Assembly: GCA_052327205.1 (NCBI GenBank)
Contig: CM126211.1
Location: 157,728,001-157,792,000, forward strand
From: Somniosus microcephalus
Taxonomy: Eukaryota
Length of the DNA: 64,000 nt
Direction of reading: 5' to 3'
Shown here: positions 37,284 through 51,400 of the stretch, piece by piece
Numbering within the stretch: position 1 is the stretch's first letter
Layout of the letters: each line of letters starts with the position of its first letter
Program-made: the position numbers and the translations under genes
The notes under the pieces: generated by a model
Databases searched by the model: none
Told to the model about the DNA's origin: nothing
What the model saw: only the letters and a program-made list of their open reading frames with translations

Positions 37284-39448
37284 CAAAGGAAACTATGATG
37301 ATATGAGGCACGAGTTGGCTAGGATGGCAAACATTTAAAGACTGCATGGATGAACTACAGAATTTGTTCATCCCTGTTTGGCATAAAAATAAAACAAAAA
37401 GGTGACCCAACCGTGGCTAACAAGAGAAATTAGGGATAGCATAAGATCCAAGGAGAGGACATATAAATTGGCCAGAAAAAGCAGCAAACCTGAGGATTGG
37501 GAGCAGTTTAGGAATCAGTAAAGGAGGACAAAGGTTAAGAGGGGGAAAATAGAGTGTGAGAGTAAGCTTGCATGGAACATAAATACTGACTTTAAAAGCT
37601 TCTATAGATATGTGAAGAGAAAAAGATTGGTGAAGTCAAGCGTAGGTCCCTTGCAGTCAGAATCAGGGGAAATTATAATGTTGAACAAAGAAATGTCAGG
37701 CCAATTAAATACATACTTTGGTTCTGTCTTCACAAAGGAGGACACAAATAACCTCCCAGAGATGTCGGGGAACATAGGGTCTAATGAGAGGGTGGAATTG
37801 AATGAAATCAGTATTTATGGGGAAATGGTGTTAGGGAAATTGACGGGATTGAAGGCCGATAAATCCCCGGGGCCTGATAATCTACATCCTAGAGTACTTA
37901 AGGAAGTGGCCCTAGAAATAGTAGATGCATTGCTGGTCATCTTCCAAAATTCTATAGACTCTGGAACAGTTCCCATGGATTGGAGGATAGCTAATGTAAC
38001 CCCACTATATAAAAAAGGTGGTAGAGAGAAAACGGGGAATTATAGACCGGCAAGTCTGACATCGGTAGTGGGGAAAATGCTAGAGTCCATTATAAAAGAT
38101 GTAATAGCAGAGCACTTGGAAAACAGTGACAGGATCGGACAAAGTCAACATGGATTTACAAAAGGTAAATCATGCTTGACTAATCTACTGGAATTTTTTG
38201 TGGATGTAACTGGTAGAATAGATAAGGGAGAACCAGTGGATGTGGTGTATTTGGACTTTCAGAAGGCTTTCGATAAGGTCCCGCATAAGAGATTAGCGTG
38301 CAAAGTTAAAGCACACGGGATTGGGGGTAAGGTACTGTCTTGGTTAGAGAACTGGTTGACAGACAGGAAGTAAAGAGTTGGAATAAATGGTTTTTTTCCC
38401 GAGTGGCAGGCAGTGACTAGTGGGGTACCGCAGGGATCGGTGCTAGGACCCCAGCTATTCACAATATATATAAATGATCTAGACGAGGGAACTAGATGTA
38501 ATATCTCCAACTTTGCAGATGACACAAAGCTGGGTGGGCATGTGTGCTGTGAGGAGGATGTCGAGAAACTCCAGTATGATTTGGACAGGTTGGGTGATTG
38601 AGCAGATGTATGGCAAATGCAGTATAATGTGGATAAATGCAAGGTTATCCACTTTGGTGGCAAAAACAGGAAGACAGATTATTATCTGAACGGCAGTAGA
38701 TTGGGAAAAGGGGAAGTGCAACGAGACCTGGGTGTTCTTGTACACCAGTCGCTGAAGATAAGCATGCAGGTGCAGCAAACGGTTAAGAAGGCAAATGGTA
38801 TGTTGGCCTTCATAGCGAGAGGATTCAAGTACAGGAGCAAGGGTGTCTTGCTGCAGTTGTACAGGGCCTTGGTGAGACCACACCTTGAGTATTGTGTGCA
38901 GTTTTGGTCACCTTATCTGAGGAAGGATGTTCTTGCCATGGAGAGAGTGCAGCGAAGATTCACCAGACTGATACCTGGGATGGCAGGAATGACGTATGAG
39001 GAGAGATTGGGTCGATTAGGCTTATAGTCGCTAGAGTTTAGAAGAATGAGAGAAGATCTCATTGAAACTTATCAAATTCTAACAGGACTAGACAGACCAG
39101 ATGCAGGAAGGATGTTCCCGATGGCGGGGTAGTCCAGAACCAGGGGTCACAGTCTAAGGATAAGGGGTAAGCCATTTAGGACTGAGATGAGGAGGAATTT
39201 CTTCACCCAGAGAGTGGTGAACCTGTGGAATTCTCTATCACACAGGGCAGTTGAAGCCAATTCATTAAATATATTCAAGAAGGAGTTAGATATATTTCTT
39301 AAGGCTAAAGAAATCAAGGGATATGGGGACAAAGCAGGGACAGGGTACTGAATTTGGGTAATCAGCCATGATCTCATTAAATGGCGGAGCAGGCTCAAGG
39401 GGCTGAATGGCCTACTCCTGCTCCTATCTCCTATGTTTCTATGTTTCT
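37284..39448 (+). mobile_element. 5'-truncated CR1 LINE, same subfamily as 33837-36990, opposite orientation
   Basis: ORFs 37612-38373 and 38617-39027 are nearly identical to 33939-35678; several stops; tttctatg tail. Confidence 0.95.
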
Positions 39449-39847
39449 AAGGCCCATCATGTCTACGCCAGCTACAGCAAACCAAAACTGACCTTGCTCC
39501 CTGTCCACAGCCCCGTATCTTCCTCTGCTTCAAATCTCTGCCCCACTACAGTAATATAATACAGAGATCATTACATTATTATTTCCAGTTGTTGCTGATC
39601 AAATTTTGGGATGAACACAATAAAGCAGAATAACTATTGCAGATTAAGCATTAAAGGTCTTGATTTAGTGTTGTAAATTGTGGCACACAAAGTAGCACAG
39701 AATTGCAAAACCACAAAGTCTAAGTATGGTCATACTTTAAATATTTGAGTAATTACTGTTGAAGTACTTTTCATTCTGCTGACTGAACACAAGCTGAAAG
39801 TCCACACCATTTAACAAATCGCACTCTTTTTTCTCCTATCTTCCCTG

Positions 39848-40480
39848 GGGGAGATTTTTTACATTGGGCCCAAAAATGGCAAGATATCACCCACCCAAGG
39901 TCACAGTTGGGAGACCCGAACCATTTTGAGGTTCAGCCCTCATTTAAATTTTATGAGCAAGCTACTGGCACCAAATGGGCATCCCAGCTGCAGCCAGCAG
40001 GTTTGCTGCGGTGGAAAGTTGCCCGGGTTCTGCATGAAGCTGACTAGCAGGTCGGGCTTGTTTGGCTGGGGGGGTCGGGGGGGAAGACGAGAACATGCCG
40101 TCAACAGGCTGGAAAATGTTTCTGGGGCCAGGAGGAACATGATTAAAAAAAAAGAAATAACTTACTGCTCCTGAGCAGACCCCAGCGGTCCCTTTAAGGA
40201 TGGTTGGTAAAATCGCTCAATGCCTGGAAAAACTGGGACTAGCAAGCACTTTGGATGCTCTGCCCGTTTCTCCATGAAAATTGCAATCAGGATCCTACAG
40301 CCAGCGTAGGACCCCAATTTGCATATTTAAACAGCCTCCAGCCTCTTTTAAATGGGAATGCTGGATGCTCATTTGCCTAAAAATTGAATCAGGCAGGCAA
40401 ATGGGCATCCAGGGTCCTCACCAGATTTTCCTCTACTGGTCACCCATAAACTGATGGTCAGCAGCAGAATATCCTCCGCT
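39848..40480. mobile_element. Degenerate MITE-like remnant (similar islands at ~16746-17143, ~29510-29760, ~51115-51668)
   Basis: GC-richer islands beginning GGG..ATTTT with shared ctcatttaaat / tttgcatatttaaa-type motifs; TIR pairs not clean. Confidence 0.4.
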
Positions 40481-40854
40481 TTATGCTTGGATACAATCTT
40501 GCATGTCGGATGCCCTCTGATCACTTAGTCATTTTCACACATGCACTTAGACTAGGGGCACTCATTATATAGTTTGCAGGCCAATTGTGTCTTGTGAGCT
40601 TCTGTTGGGGCTCTTGATTCAGCTTCGTATTTCCCTCTTTTACTGCTACCAATCATGCTGCTAAACTCAGTGTTGCTACTGATCCAGTCATCAGTGCTGC
40701 TGCTGAACCTCCTCCAAGATTGCCACCAAATCTCCCTCCGGTCCCGTCTTTGATACTGCTGCCACTTCCAGTGCTGCACCGGATCCCAATTCCAATCAGT
40801 TGAGCATTCCAAAAGCCTGCGTAAAATATTATAGGCCATTTCATGAGCCATGGA

Positions 40855-41696
40855 TAACAATAAGGTGAATGACCAGTTAATCGTTTTTTAAATTTTTTGT
40901 TGACGTTGGTTGAGGGAGGAGAGTTGGCAAAATCTCTAGGAAAACTCTTTGCCCCTCAAATAATACCACAGGATCTTTAATCTCCATCTATAGAAGCAGA
41001 TAGGGCTTCAGTTCAACATCTCTCAGTTAGACCACACTTAGAGTACTATGTACAGTTCTGGTCTATAAAAAGGATAGAGAGGATCTGGAGAGGGTGCAGA
41101 GACGATTTACAAGGATGATACCAGAAATGCGAGGGTATACATATCAGGAAAGGATGAACAGGCTGAAGGGTGACCTAATAGAGATCTTTAAAATTATGAA
41201 AAATTTTGATAAAGTGGATACAGAGAGCGTGTTTCCACTTGTGGGGAAGAGCATAACGAAAGGTCATCAACATAAGATAGTCACCAAGAAATCCAATAGG
41301 GAATTCAGAAAAAACGTATTTAGCCAGAGAGTGGTGAGAATGTGGAACTCGCTACCACTGGGAGTGGTTGAAGCGAATAGTATAGATGCATTTAAGGGGA
41401 GGCTGGACAAGCATATGAGGGAGAAGGGAATAGAGGGTTATGCTGATAGATTTAGATGAGGAAAGACGGGAGGAGGCTCAAGTGGAGCATAAACGGCAGC
41501 ATGGACTGTTTGGGCCGAATGGCCTGTTTCTGTGCCGTATATCCTATGTAATCATCTGAAGGACAGTATCTTCAACAATGCAGCCCTCCCTCAGTATTGC
41601 ATTGGAGCATCACCCTTGATTATGCACTCAAGTACTAGAGTGTCGTCACTGCCTTCTGAGTTAGAAGACTACTACGAACTGAGCTAAGCTGACACA
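40855..41696 (-). mobile_element. Decayed tRNA-headed Deu-domain SINE (SacSINE1/AmnSINE-like), split by a CR1 fragment
   Basis: Minus-strand head gtgtcagcttagctcagtt...tactgagggagggctgcattg...ttcagatg continues after the insert with gagatgttgaac...taaagatcctgtgg; recognised from memory, not aligned. Confidence 0.6.
41026..41551 (+). mobile_element. CR1 LINE 3' fragment
   Basis: QRRFTRMIP...LKGDLIEIFKI...FSQRVVRMWNSLP followed by a 3'UTR. Confidence 0.9.
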
Positions 41697-43464
41697 CGGA
41701 GGCTGATAATGCAATAGCAGACATCGACTTTAGTGAGGGTGTATGTCTGAGACCTACAATATGTAGGAAGGGCACTGAAGCCTTTGCACAGACTGGAGCC
41801 GCAAACAATATTTAAATTAGTGGGCCTCCCCCTCATGCGGCTGTAGAACTTGAGCAGCACTGCAGTCAGCTAGCTCTCATTCCCAACAGATGCTGAAGGT
41901 AAGGCCCAGTAATGAAAAATAATTTGTTGCCTGGGTGGCCTTTACATTTCAATATGGCCACTGAACTTGTCTCAGCTTCATCAAAGAGCCAAAGTGCTCA
42001 TCTGTCATGGTTGTTCTTCCAACTAGAAAAAATGCCAGTACATTGAGGCCGGTCAGCAGCCCTTTACTGGCTGCTGGGGTCCAAACTTCCCCATTGCAAC
42101 ATCAGCAAGTCATATGTTACTCACTGTGTGTGTCATAAAAGTATTTAAATGAGCTGAACTCACATTATCGCTTTGGGAAGTTCTGAAGACATGAAAAGTA
42201 CTAAATAAATGCTAGTTCTTTCTTTCTTTGTCTGGTCAATGGAATGCACTTGCAGTTTCTCACAGATTAAATTCCTGATCTCAGATTGGGCATTACGGGA
42301 GTTGTTGAGTTGTTGAGCGTGGGCCAGATCCTTCTCCACAGGGCGTTATTGGAGGAAATTTGTAAAGATTGACTGTAATGATCCCTAATTATGGCTTTCA
42401 GGGATGAACAAAAATACAAGTTTAGGAAAAAATTGTTTGAGATGCTGAAGTGAACAATGAAGAAGCCAATGGGAACACTCAAAACAGTCGGTTACTGGAG
42501 AAAATGTGATGATCCAAGTAGCACCATAATCAGATTAAACTCTACACTTGCAAAATGCTGTTACCTCCCCTTGTGGAGAGGTTTGCTAGTGCTGTTGGGG
42601 GGGGGGGGGGCGTTTAAACTAACTTGGCAAGGGGATGGGATACTGAGTGGATCTATAGTAGGGGGTGATGCACAGCCAAATATAGAGGAAAAAACAAGTC
42701 AGTCTGGAAGCCAGAGCAAATATGTAATGGCACAAGGGAGTATGGCAAGACTGGATGGCATTTATTTTAATGCAAGGAGTCTTACGAGTAAGGCAGATGA
42801 ATTGAAGGTGTTGATGAACACATGGGAGTATGATATTGTTGCTATCACAGAGACATGGTTGAGGGAGGGGCAGGACTGGCAGCTCAATATTCCAGGGTAT
42901 AGAATTTTCAGGTGAGACAGAGGGGGGTGTAAAAGAGGAGGGGGTGTCGCAATATTAATCAAGGAGTCAATTACTGCAGTAAGGAGGGATGATATCTTAG
43001 CAGGTTCCTCTAATGAGGCCATATGGGTCGAACTTAAAAACAAAAATGGGGCAAGCACTTTGCTGGGAGTGTACTATAGGCCCCCAAACAGTCAGGGGGA
43101 GATAGAGGAACAGATATGTAGGCAAATCTCAGAGAAGTGTAGAAATAATAGGGTAATAATAGTAGGGGATGTCAACTTCCCCAATATTAACTGGGATAGT
43201 CAGTGTGAAAGACTTAGAGGGTGCGGAATTCTTAAAGTGCATCCAGGAAAGCTTTTTGTGCCAGCATGTAGAAAGTCCTACAAGAGAGGGGGCGGTACAG
43301 GACCTAATTCTAGGGAATGTAGCCGGGCAAGTGGTAGAAGTGTCAGTAGGAGAGCATTTTGGTGACAGTGACCATAATTCAGTGAGATTTAAGGTAGTCA
43401 TGGAAAAGGACAAAGATGGACCGGAAATAAAGGTTCTAAATTGGGGGAAGGTCGAATTTAATAT

Positions 43465-46400
43465 TGTTGTGTATGTACCTTTAAGAGAATAACTGGTCTC
43501 AGACTGCAGTACCGGCAGTGACCACCCCTGTATAAAAGGCGCTAGAGAACCTCTGTTTGTTAGTTTCACTATTGACTTCCACCAGTAAAGACTTGTTTGT
43601 TTTCACTCCTGCTGGTCCGTGTCTCAATCATTCACGGACTTAACACTGGCGACGAGTAAGAAACGAACTTACCTGCAACTTGGCAGCACCTTGGACGACG
43701 TTGTTGAAGGCTGGAGCCAGAAGAAAAAAAAAAAAAATAGAGTCCAAAGAAACTCGGGAAACGGGCGTCGACCGTCAATCATCGGTTTGAAAACTTGCAG
43801 GAGAGACTGTCCAGAGCCAGGCTGGGTTCCTCGGTCTGTGGTTTCCCAGCTAATCGGGCTGGTGGCAGGTAGTGCTCTGATCCTTCCTGGGCTGCGGCGG
43901 GCTGAAGCTCGATTGGGTGGCTTTTCAACGGGGCTGGGTAGCGAGTCGGGAAGCAAAGAGAGAGAGAGAGGGTGGAGCACACAGGGCGTGGCCGGTGCTT
44001 CGAAACCGGGCAGCGTTCGGACCTAAGAAGAGGGAGGGAAGTGTCCCAGAGGGTCCGCTCCATGACGGGGAAATAATAAAAGGAAAAGAATCAATATTTA
44101 ACGCGCAAGAAACCGTGGAAAGCAGCGCTAACAACAGCGGGGAAGAAGGCAAAGCGCGGGAGGTGCCATTTTGTTAAATCGGGGAAGAAGGCAAAGCGCG
44201 GGAGGCGCCATTTTAGATTTGCAAGATGCCGAAGACTGGCTGTATCACTGCTTTTGATAATACATTAGAGGACTGGACCACGTATGTGGAAAGAGTCGAG
44301 GTATATTTCGAGGCAAACGAAATAGCGGAGGGGAAAAAGGCATCGATATTGCTAAACTTAATGGGCGCTAGAACGTACAGCCTATTGCGGGACCTGATTA
44401 CTCCAGCCAAACCGAAGGCGAAGAGTTTTAACGAAATTGTTGCTGTCCTACAGGAACACTTAAACCCTGCACCGCTGTTGATAGCAGAAAGATTTAAATT
44501 CCACAGGAGAACTCAGCACAAAGATGAGAGCAATGCTGAGTATCTTACGGAACTACGCAAGCTATCAAAGCACTGCCAGTTCGGAGCAGGACTGGCAGAT
44601 ACCCTACGGGACAAATTTGTCTGTGGACTCCTGAGTGAAGGAACACAGAAGAAGTTACTGTCAGAAAAAGAGCTGACGCTAGATAAGGCTTTCAGCGTGG
44701 CAGTATCGTATGAAGCAGCAGCCAGGGGAGCTGCAGAAATTCAACAAAAACCACAGGAATACGGCACCCACGAAATGACACGGGGATTTGCAAAATGTTA
44801 TCGCTGCGGCAGAACTAACCATGACCAGAAGGACTGCTGGTCCAAAGACAAAATATGCAGACAATGCGGGAAGATTGGACACATTGCACGAGTTTGCAGG
44901 TCTGGGAAGAAGACCAGCGACAACAAAAAGGCTACTAAGGAACCGTACAAGAAAGTACAAAAGATGACGGACAGTAGTTCCGAAGACCAGATGAGCGATA
45001 GCGAATCCGGAAACAGGAGACTAAGCTGTCTCAAACTTCACAATGTAATCGCAAAAGAGGATCACCGAACCATTTGGGTCACCCTCATGATAGCAGGGTC
45101 CCAAGTTAAAATGGAATTGGATACAGGATCAGCGCTAACCGTCATGAATCGACGAGACTACGAGCGGCTATTTTCACACAAATCCTTGAGAGAGACATCC
45201 ATCGTCTTGACGACGTATACGGGGCAAAAAGTATACCCCAGAGGAAAAATAAGGGTGCCTGTCGAATACAATGGCAAGAAAATACGGAAATTGTATCTCT
45301 ACATACTGCCAAATGGTGGACCACCGTTATTGGGACAGGAATGGATCAGGAAGATAAACTTAGATTGGCATTCCATTCATGCAATGACGGTGGACGGTAA
45401 AAAAGATGAAGACGTCACTCCTGGACGATTGTCAACAATCTTAGCTAACGCCAAAGAGGTATTTCAACAAGAACTGGGCACGCTTAAAGGCGTAACCGCC
45501 TCGATAAAAATAGAAGAGAATGCTGTTTCCAAGTTTTTCAAAGCAAGACCGGTACCATATGCAATTTGCCCAGCCGTCGAGGCAGAGCTGGAGAATCTGG
45601 AGAAGGCGGGCGTGTTGTCTAAGGTCGACTGGAGCGAGTGGGCGACACCCATCGTTCCTGTCATGAAGAAAACGTTAAGCAATAAGTCCGGAGAGCCAAG
45701 GAAGATTCGCATCTGTGGGGATTTCAAGGTGACGGTGAACCCTGTCCTTCACGCAGTACAATATCCTCTTCCAAGGATAGAAGACATCTTCGCCTCACTG
45801 TCTGGAGGGAAGCGTTTTACAAAAATTGACCTAGCACAAGCATATTTGCAGATGGAGGTTGAAGAGTCCTCTAGGAAGTATCTCACGATAAACACTCACA
45901 AAGGTCTTTACCAGTATCATCGATTGGTATTCGGAGTAACATCGGCTCCGGCGATATGGCAAAGAGTGATGGAACAAGTCCTGCAAGGGATTCCGGGGAC
46001 TCAGTGTTACTTGGACGACATCCTTGTAACAGGTGAAGATGACAGTGAACACCTTAACAACCTAGAACAGGTGCTCACTAGACTACGGGAACATGGGCTG
46101 CGAGCCAACCGCCCCAAGTGCGAATTTTTAAAGAAACAGATATCGTATTGTGGCCACGTGATTGATGAAGAGGAGTTACATAAGTCCCCTGACAAAATTG
46201 AAGCGGTTGTTAAGGCCCCAGCGCCTGAAAATGTGTCACAACTGAGGTCTTTCCTCGGGTTGGTGAATTACTATCATAAGTTTTTGCCGAATTTGTCGAC
46301 AATTCTGCACCCACTGAACGCCCTGCTACGAACGGGGGTAGCATGGAAATGGAACGATGATTGTAAGCGTGCTTTTCAGAAGAGTAAGGACTTAATCACT

Positions 46401-48474
46401 TCAAGGGAAGTATTGGCTCACTACAACCCAGCACTGCCAATCAGGCTGGCGTGTGATGCGTCTCCCTACGGCATTGGGGCGGTACTGTCACATAAATTCC
46501 TTGATGGTTTGGAGAGGCCGATAGCTTTTGCGTCACGCTCGTTAACTTCTGCCGAGCGTAACTACACCCAGATTGACAGAGAGGCCCTCAGCCTAGTGTG
46601 GGGGGTGAAGAAGTTCAATCACTATCTGCACGGTCAAAAATTTACTCTACTAACCGATCATCAACCTCTTGTCTCCATTTTCAACCCTCAGAAGGGCGTA
46701 CCGATAATGACGGCACAATGGCTGCAGAGATGGTCCCTTTTCCTAGGGGCACACCAATATGACATCGAGTACAAAGGAACTAAACAGCATGGAAATGCTG
46801 ATGGATTGTCACGCCTACCGTTGCCGACGGTGGAAGAAGAAGACCTTGCAGTGGATCCAATGGAGTTATTCCACTCGACCATAGTCGAATGTCTCCCTGT
46901 GACGAATGCAAACATAGAAAAGGAAACACGGAATGACCCGACACTATCACGGGTCTATGATTTAACGGTGAAGGGATGGCCAGCACATGGCGAACCACTG
47001 CTGCCAGCATTCTCGCCGAGAAGAGAACAGCTGTCAGTGTGCAGAGGAACCTTGATGTGTGGACCCAGAGTAGTAATTCCACCTAAGTTGACGGATAGAG
47101 TTCTCAATGAGCTTCATGAGGGTCATCTGGGTGGGGTAAAAATGAAGAACTTAGCCAGAGCGTTTGTGTGGTGGCCGGGAATCGATAGAGAAATCGAAGA
47201 GATGACCAAGAGCTGTGCAGGATGCCAGAAGGTCCAAAACGCCCCACCACAAGCTCCTCTGCATCCATGGGAGTGGCCCTCATCTCCATGGCAACGGGTG
47301 CACATTGATTTTGCTGGTCCCTTCATGGACTCGATGTTTTTAATTGCGGTGGATGCACATTCAAAGTGGCCAGAGGTAATAAAAATGTCCTCAACCACCA
47401 CGGAAAAAACTATCACAGTTTTGCGAACCATATTCACCAGGAATGGGCTGCCTGAACAGATTTGCTCTGACAATGGACCACAGTTTGTGTCTGAAGAGTT
47501 CCGGAGGTTCTTAAAGAACAATGGCGTTAAGCATTACACATCTGCCCCATATCATTCAGCCACTAATGGATTGGCCGAGAGGTTTGTCCAAACATTCAAG
47601 AAGGCTATCAAGGCAATGTGTAATGAAGATATACCCCTACAACACAAGGTGGACAACTTCTTGTTTGCCTACCGGAATGCGACACATGTGGTTACCAACC
47701 AAACTCCAGCCATGATGTTCTTCAATCGAAGACTATGATGCCGCTTGGATTTGGTTAAGCCAAACGTCCGAAGAGATGTGGAGAACAGGCAGTTTCAGAA
47801 TATGAATGAAAGGCCGACCAGGAGTTTTAGGATAGGTCAACCAGTTTTGGCCCGGGACTACTGCACTGAGAAATGGCAGCCAGGAACGATTTGTACACGG
47901 CAAGGACCTCTCATGTATACCGTGGACGTTGGGGAGAACATTGTAAGACGCCATGCTGACCAGATTCTAGAGTCACTGGAAAACATCAACTCCACACCAC
48001 GATCTGATACACCTGGTAATGAAATTGACGTTCCAATTGCAGCTACCGCAGAACCGGTAATATTGGAAGCAGATGAACCAAACAAAGACATTGATCCCGA
48101 CGCAACATTGCCAGAAGAACCTGATACCCCAAAGAGGCGTTATCCAGACAGAATCAGGAAGCCTCCTCAAAGACTGAACTTATAATTGCTTAAACTTAAC
48201 CAATGTATCTAGCAACAGTAATTGTGATTGTAATTTGTTATCATTTAGTTGTTAAATGAATGTTATGTACTGTTTATCTAAAAGGGGAGGAATTGTTGTG
48301 TATTTACCTTTAAGAGAATAACTGGTCTCAGACTGCAGTACCGGCAGTGACCACCCCTGTATAAAAGGCGCTAGAGAGCCTCTGTTTGTTAGTTTCACTA
48401 TTGACTTCCACCAGTAAAGACTTGTTTGTTTTCACTCCTGCTGGTCCGTGTCTCAATCATTCACGGACTTAACA
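43465..48474 (+). mobile_element. Full-length Ty3/Gypsy LTR retrotransposon (Mag-like)
   Basis: 181-bp LTRs at 43465-43645 and 48294-48474 (2 differences seen), TG...CA; TSD aatat; PBS tggcgacgag (tRNA-Ser-like); PPT aaaaggggaggaa. Confidence 0.96.
44226..48185 (+). pseudogene. Gag-pol polyprotein, single frame with one premature TGA (47736-47738)
   Basis: Two CCHC knuckles, LDTGS, YLDD, CDAS, HHCC, IDFAGP/SDNG/AER; the frame continues past the stop to PPQRLNL*. Confidence 0.93.
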
Positions 48475-51400
48475 AATATGATAAGGCAGGATCTGGCCAA
48501 AGTGGACTGGGATCAGCTACTTGTAGGAAAATCCACATCAGAGCAGTGGGAGTGATTCAGAAAGGAAGTAGAGGGAGTAAAATGCCAGCATGTTCCTGTA
48601 AAGGTCAAGGGTGGGACCAACAAGCCCAGGGAACCCTGGATGTCAAGGGATATACAAGAATGGATTAGGAAAAAAAGGGAGCCTTTTGGCAGATACAAAG
48701 GACTAAAAGCAGTGGAAGCCCTAGAGGAGTATAGAAAGTGCAGGGGGGTACTTAAAAAATAAATTAGGAGAGCGAAGAGGGAGCATGAAAAAACACTGGC
48801 GGGCAAAATAAAGGAAAATCCCAAGTTGTTTTATAAGTATATTAAGGGCAAGAGGATAACCAGGGAAAGAGTAGGGCCCATTAGGGACCAAAGTGGCAAT
48901 CTGTGTGTAGAGCCGGAAGATGTAGGTGAGGTTTGAAATGAATATTTTGCATCTGTGTTCACTATGGAGAAGGACAATGTAGGCATAGAAATCAGGCAGG
49001 GGTGTTGTGATATACTTGAACAAATTAGCATTGAGAGGGAGGAGGTACTAGCAGTTTTAGTGGGCTTAAAAGTGGATAAATCCTCAGGCCCAGACGAGAT
49101 GTATCCCAGGCTGCTGTGTGAGGCACGGGAGGAGATTGCAGGGGCTCTGACACAAATTTTCAGAATCTCTCTGGCCACAGGGGAGGTGCCAGACGACTGG
49201 AGGATAGCTAACGTAGTATCATTATTCAAGAAGGGTAGTAGGGATAAACCAGGGAATTACAGGCCAGTGAGCCGAAGTGTGGTAGGGAAATTATTGGAAA
49301 AAATTCTGAGGGACAGAATTAGTCTCCACTTGGACAGGCAAGGATTAATCAAGGATAGTCAGCATGGCTTTGTCAGGGGGAGACCATGTCCAACCAATTT
49401 GATTGAATTTTTCGAGGGGGTGACTAGGTGTGCGGATGAGGGTAGTGCAGTTGATGTAGTCTACATGGACTTCAGTAAGGCTTTTGACAAAGTCCCGCAT
49501 GGGAGACTGGTCAAGAAGGTAAGAGCCCATGGGATCCAGGGCAATTTGGTACATGGGATCCAAAATTGGCTTAGTGGCAGGAGGCAGAGGGTGATGGTCG
49601 AAGGTTGTTTTTGTGACTGGAAGCCTGTGTCCAGTGGTGTACCACAGGGATCGGTGCTGGGTCCCTTGCTGTTTGTAGTGTACATTAATGATTTAGATAT
49701 GAATGTAGGAGGTATGATCCGTAAGTTCGCAGATGACACGAAAATTGGTGTAGTGGTAAATAGCGAGGAGGGAAGCCTCAGGCTACAGGATGATATAGAT
49801 GGGTTGGTCAGATGGGCAGAACAGTGGCAAATGGAATTTAACCCTGAAAAGTGTGAGGTGATGCATTTTGGGAGGACTAGCAAGGCAAGGGAATACACAA
49901 TGAATGGTAGGACCCTAGGAAAGACAGAGGATCAGAGGGACCTTGGTGTGCATGTACATAGATCCCTGAAGGCAGCAGGACAGGTAGAGAAGGTGGTTAA
50001 GAATGCATATGGGATACTTGCCTTCATTAGCCAAGGCATAGAATATAAGAGCAGGGAGGTTATGATGGAGCTGTACAAAACGCTAGTTAGGCTTGATGGA
50101 ATACTGTGTGCAGTTCTGGTCGCCACACTATAGGAAGGATGTGATTGCATTAGAGAGGGTGCAGAGGCGATTCACCAGGATGTTACCTGGGCTGGAGCGC
50201 TTCAGCTATGAAGAGAGACTGGACAGGCTGGGGTTGTTTTCCTTGGAGCAGAGAAGGCTGAGGGGGGACCTGATTGAGGTGTACAAAATTATGAGGGGCA
50301 TAGATAGGGTAGATAGAAAGGAACTTTTCCCCTTAGTAGAGGGGTCAATAACCAGGGGGTATAGTTTCAAGGTAAGAGGCAGGAGGTTTAGAGGGGATTT
50401 GAGGAAAAACTTTTTCACCCAGAGGGTGCTTGGAATCTGGAACTCACTGCCTGAAAGGGTGGTAGAGGCAGGAACCCTCACAACATTCAAGAAGCACTTA
50501 GATGAGCACTTGAAATGCCATAGCATAAAAGGCTACGAACCAAGTGCTGGAAAATAGGATTAGAATAGATAGGGCTTGATGGCCGGCGCAGACACGATGG
50601 GCCAAAGGGCCTCTTTCTGTGCTGTATAACTCTATGACTCTACTCTAATAATATTTGCAGCATAAATTGCACCTCACTGTTTTGAGTTGGAATGGAGCTC
50701 AGAAATAATGATGCCAGAAAAATGCATGGCGCTGCAGTGCAAAGTCACATTTCAATCATAACACATGGCAAAAGCAATATGGCATTGCATGAATAACAAT
50801 CCCGCTGCAAACAAATGATCTGTTATACTTAAATAACAAAGTGATAATCAAATCTAACACCTTGCACATTAGTGTCAAATTTATAGAAAAACAGAAAATA
50901 ACATAAAAAATTGATAAATTAGACGTCACAAGTATTATTATTTATCATTTATTAATGGGTCTCTTGGTGTTGTTCACAGTAAGGCGCAGGATGCATTCTG
51001 TCTTTTACCTCTATGTGGTGCTGGTGATATTTGTGTGTCCTCATTATGGTTCTCTCTGTCTTTTTATGTTGTTTTCTGGTTGTATCTCAGTGCTGTTTTG
51101 CTTCAGTTACCCCAGGTGCCAATTTTCACGTGGGAAAATCAGTGGTAACGTGGCGTTAAGCACCTAAAAGTGGGGTTGGTGGCCGCACTGCCCTGTTAAC
51201 CCTGACAATTGGCCCACTGTAACTTTCACAGAGGCCTATTGCTAGGCAGCCGGAGCATCTGCCTGATACAAGCCTCTTTCCCATGGGAATAGGGGTCCTG
51301 ACTCCTATTGACGTAGTTAGGACCCCGACTGCAACATGAACGCTCCGCCCATGTGTACTACCATTCTGATCAGGAAACGGCCAGAAAAAATTTAAATATT

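Larger units (their letters stand above)
42575..50645 (+). mobile_element. CR1 LINE (distinct subfamily, ctctatga tail) with decayed full ORF2, interrupted by Gypsy at 43465-48474
   Basis: Endonuclease motifs at 42760-43460 (FNARS, ITETWL, SDH); sequence resumes at 48475; RT ORFs 48955-50133 and 50093-50557. Confidence 0.93.
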
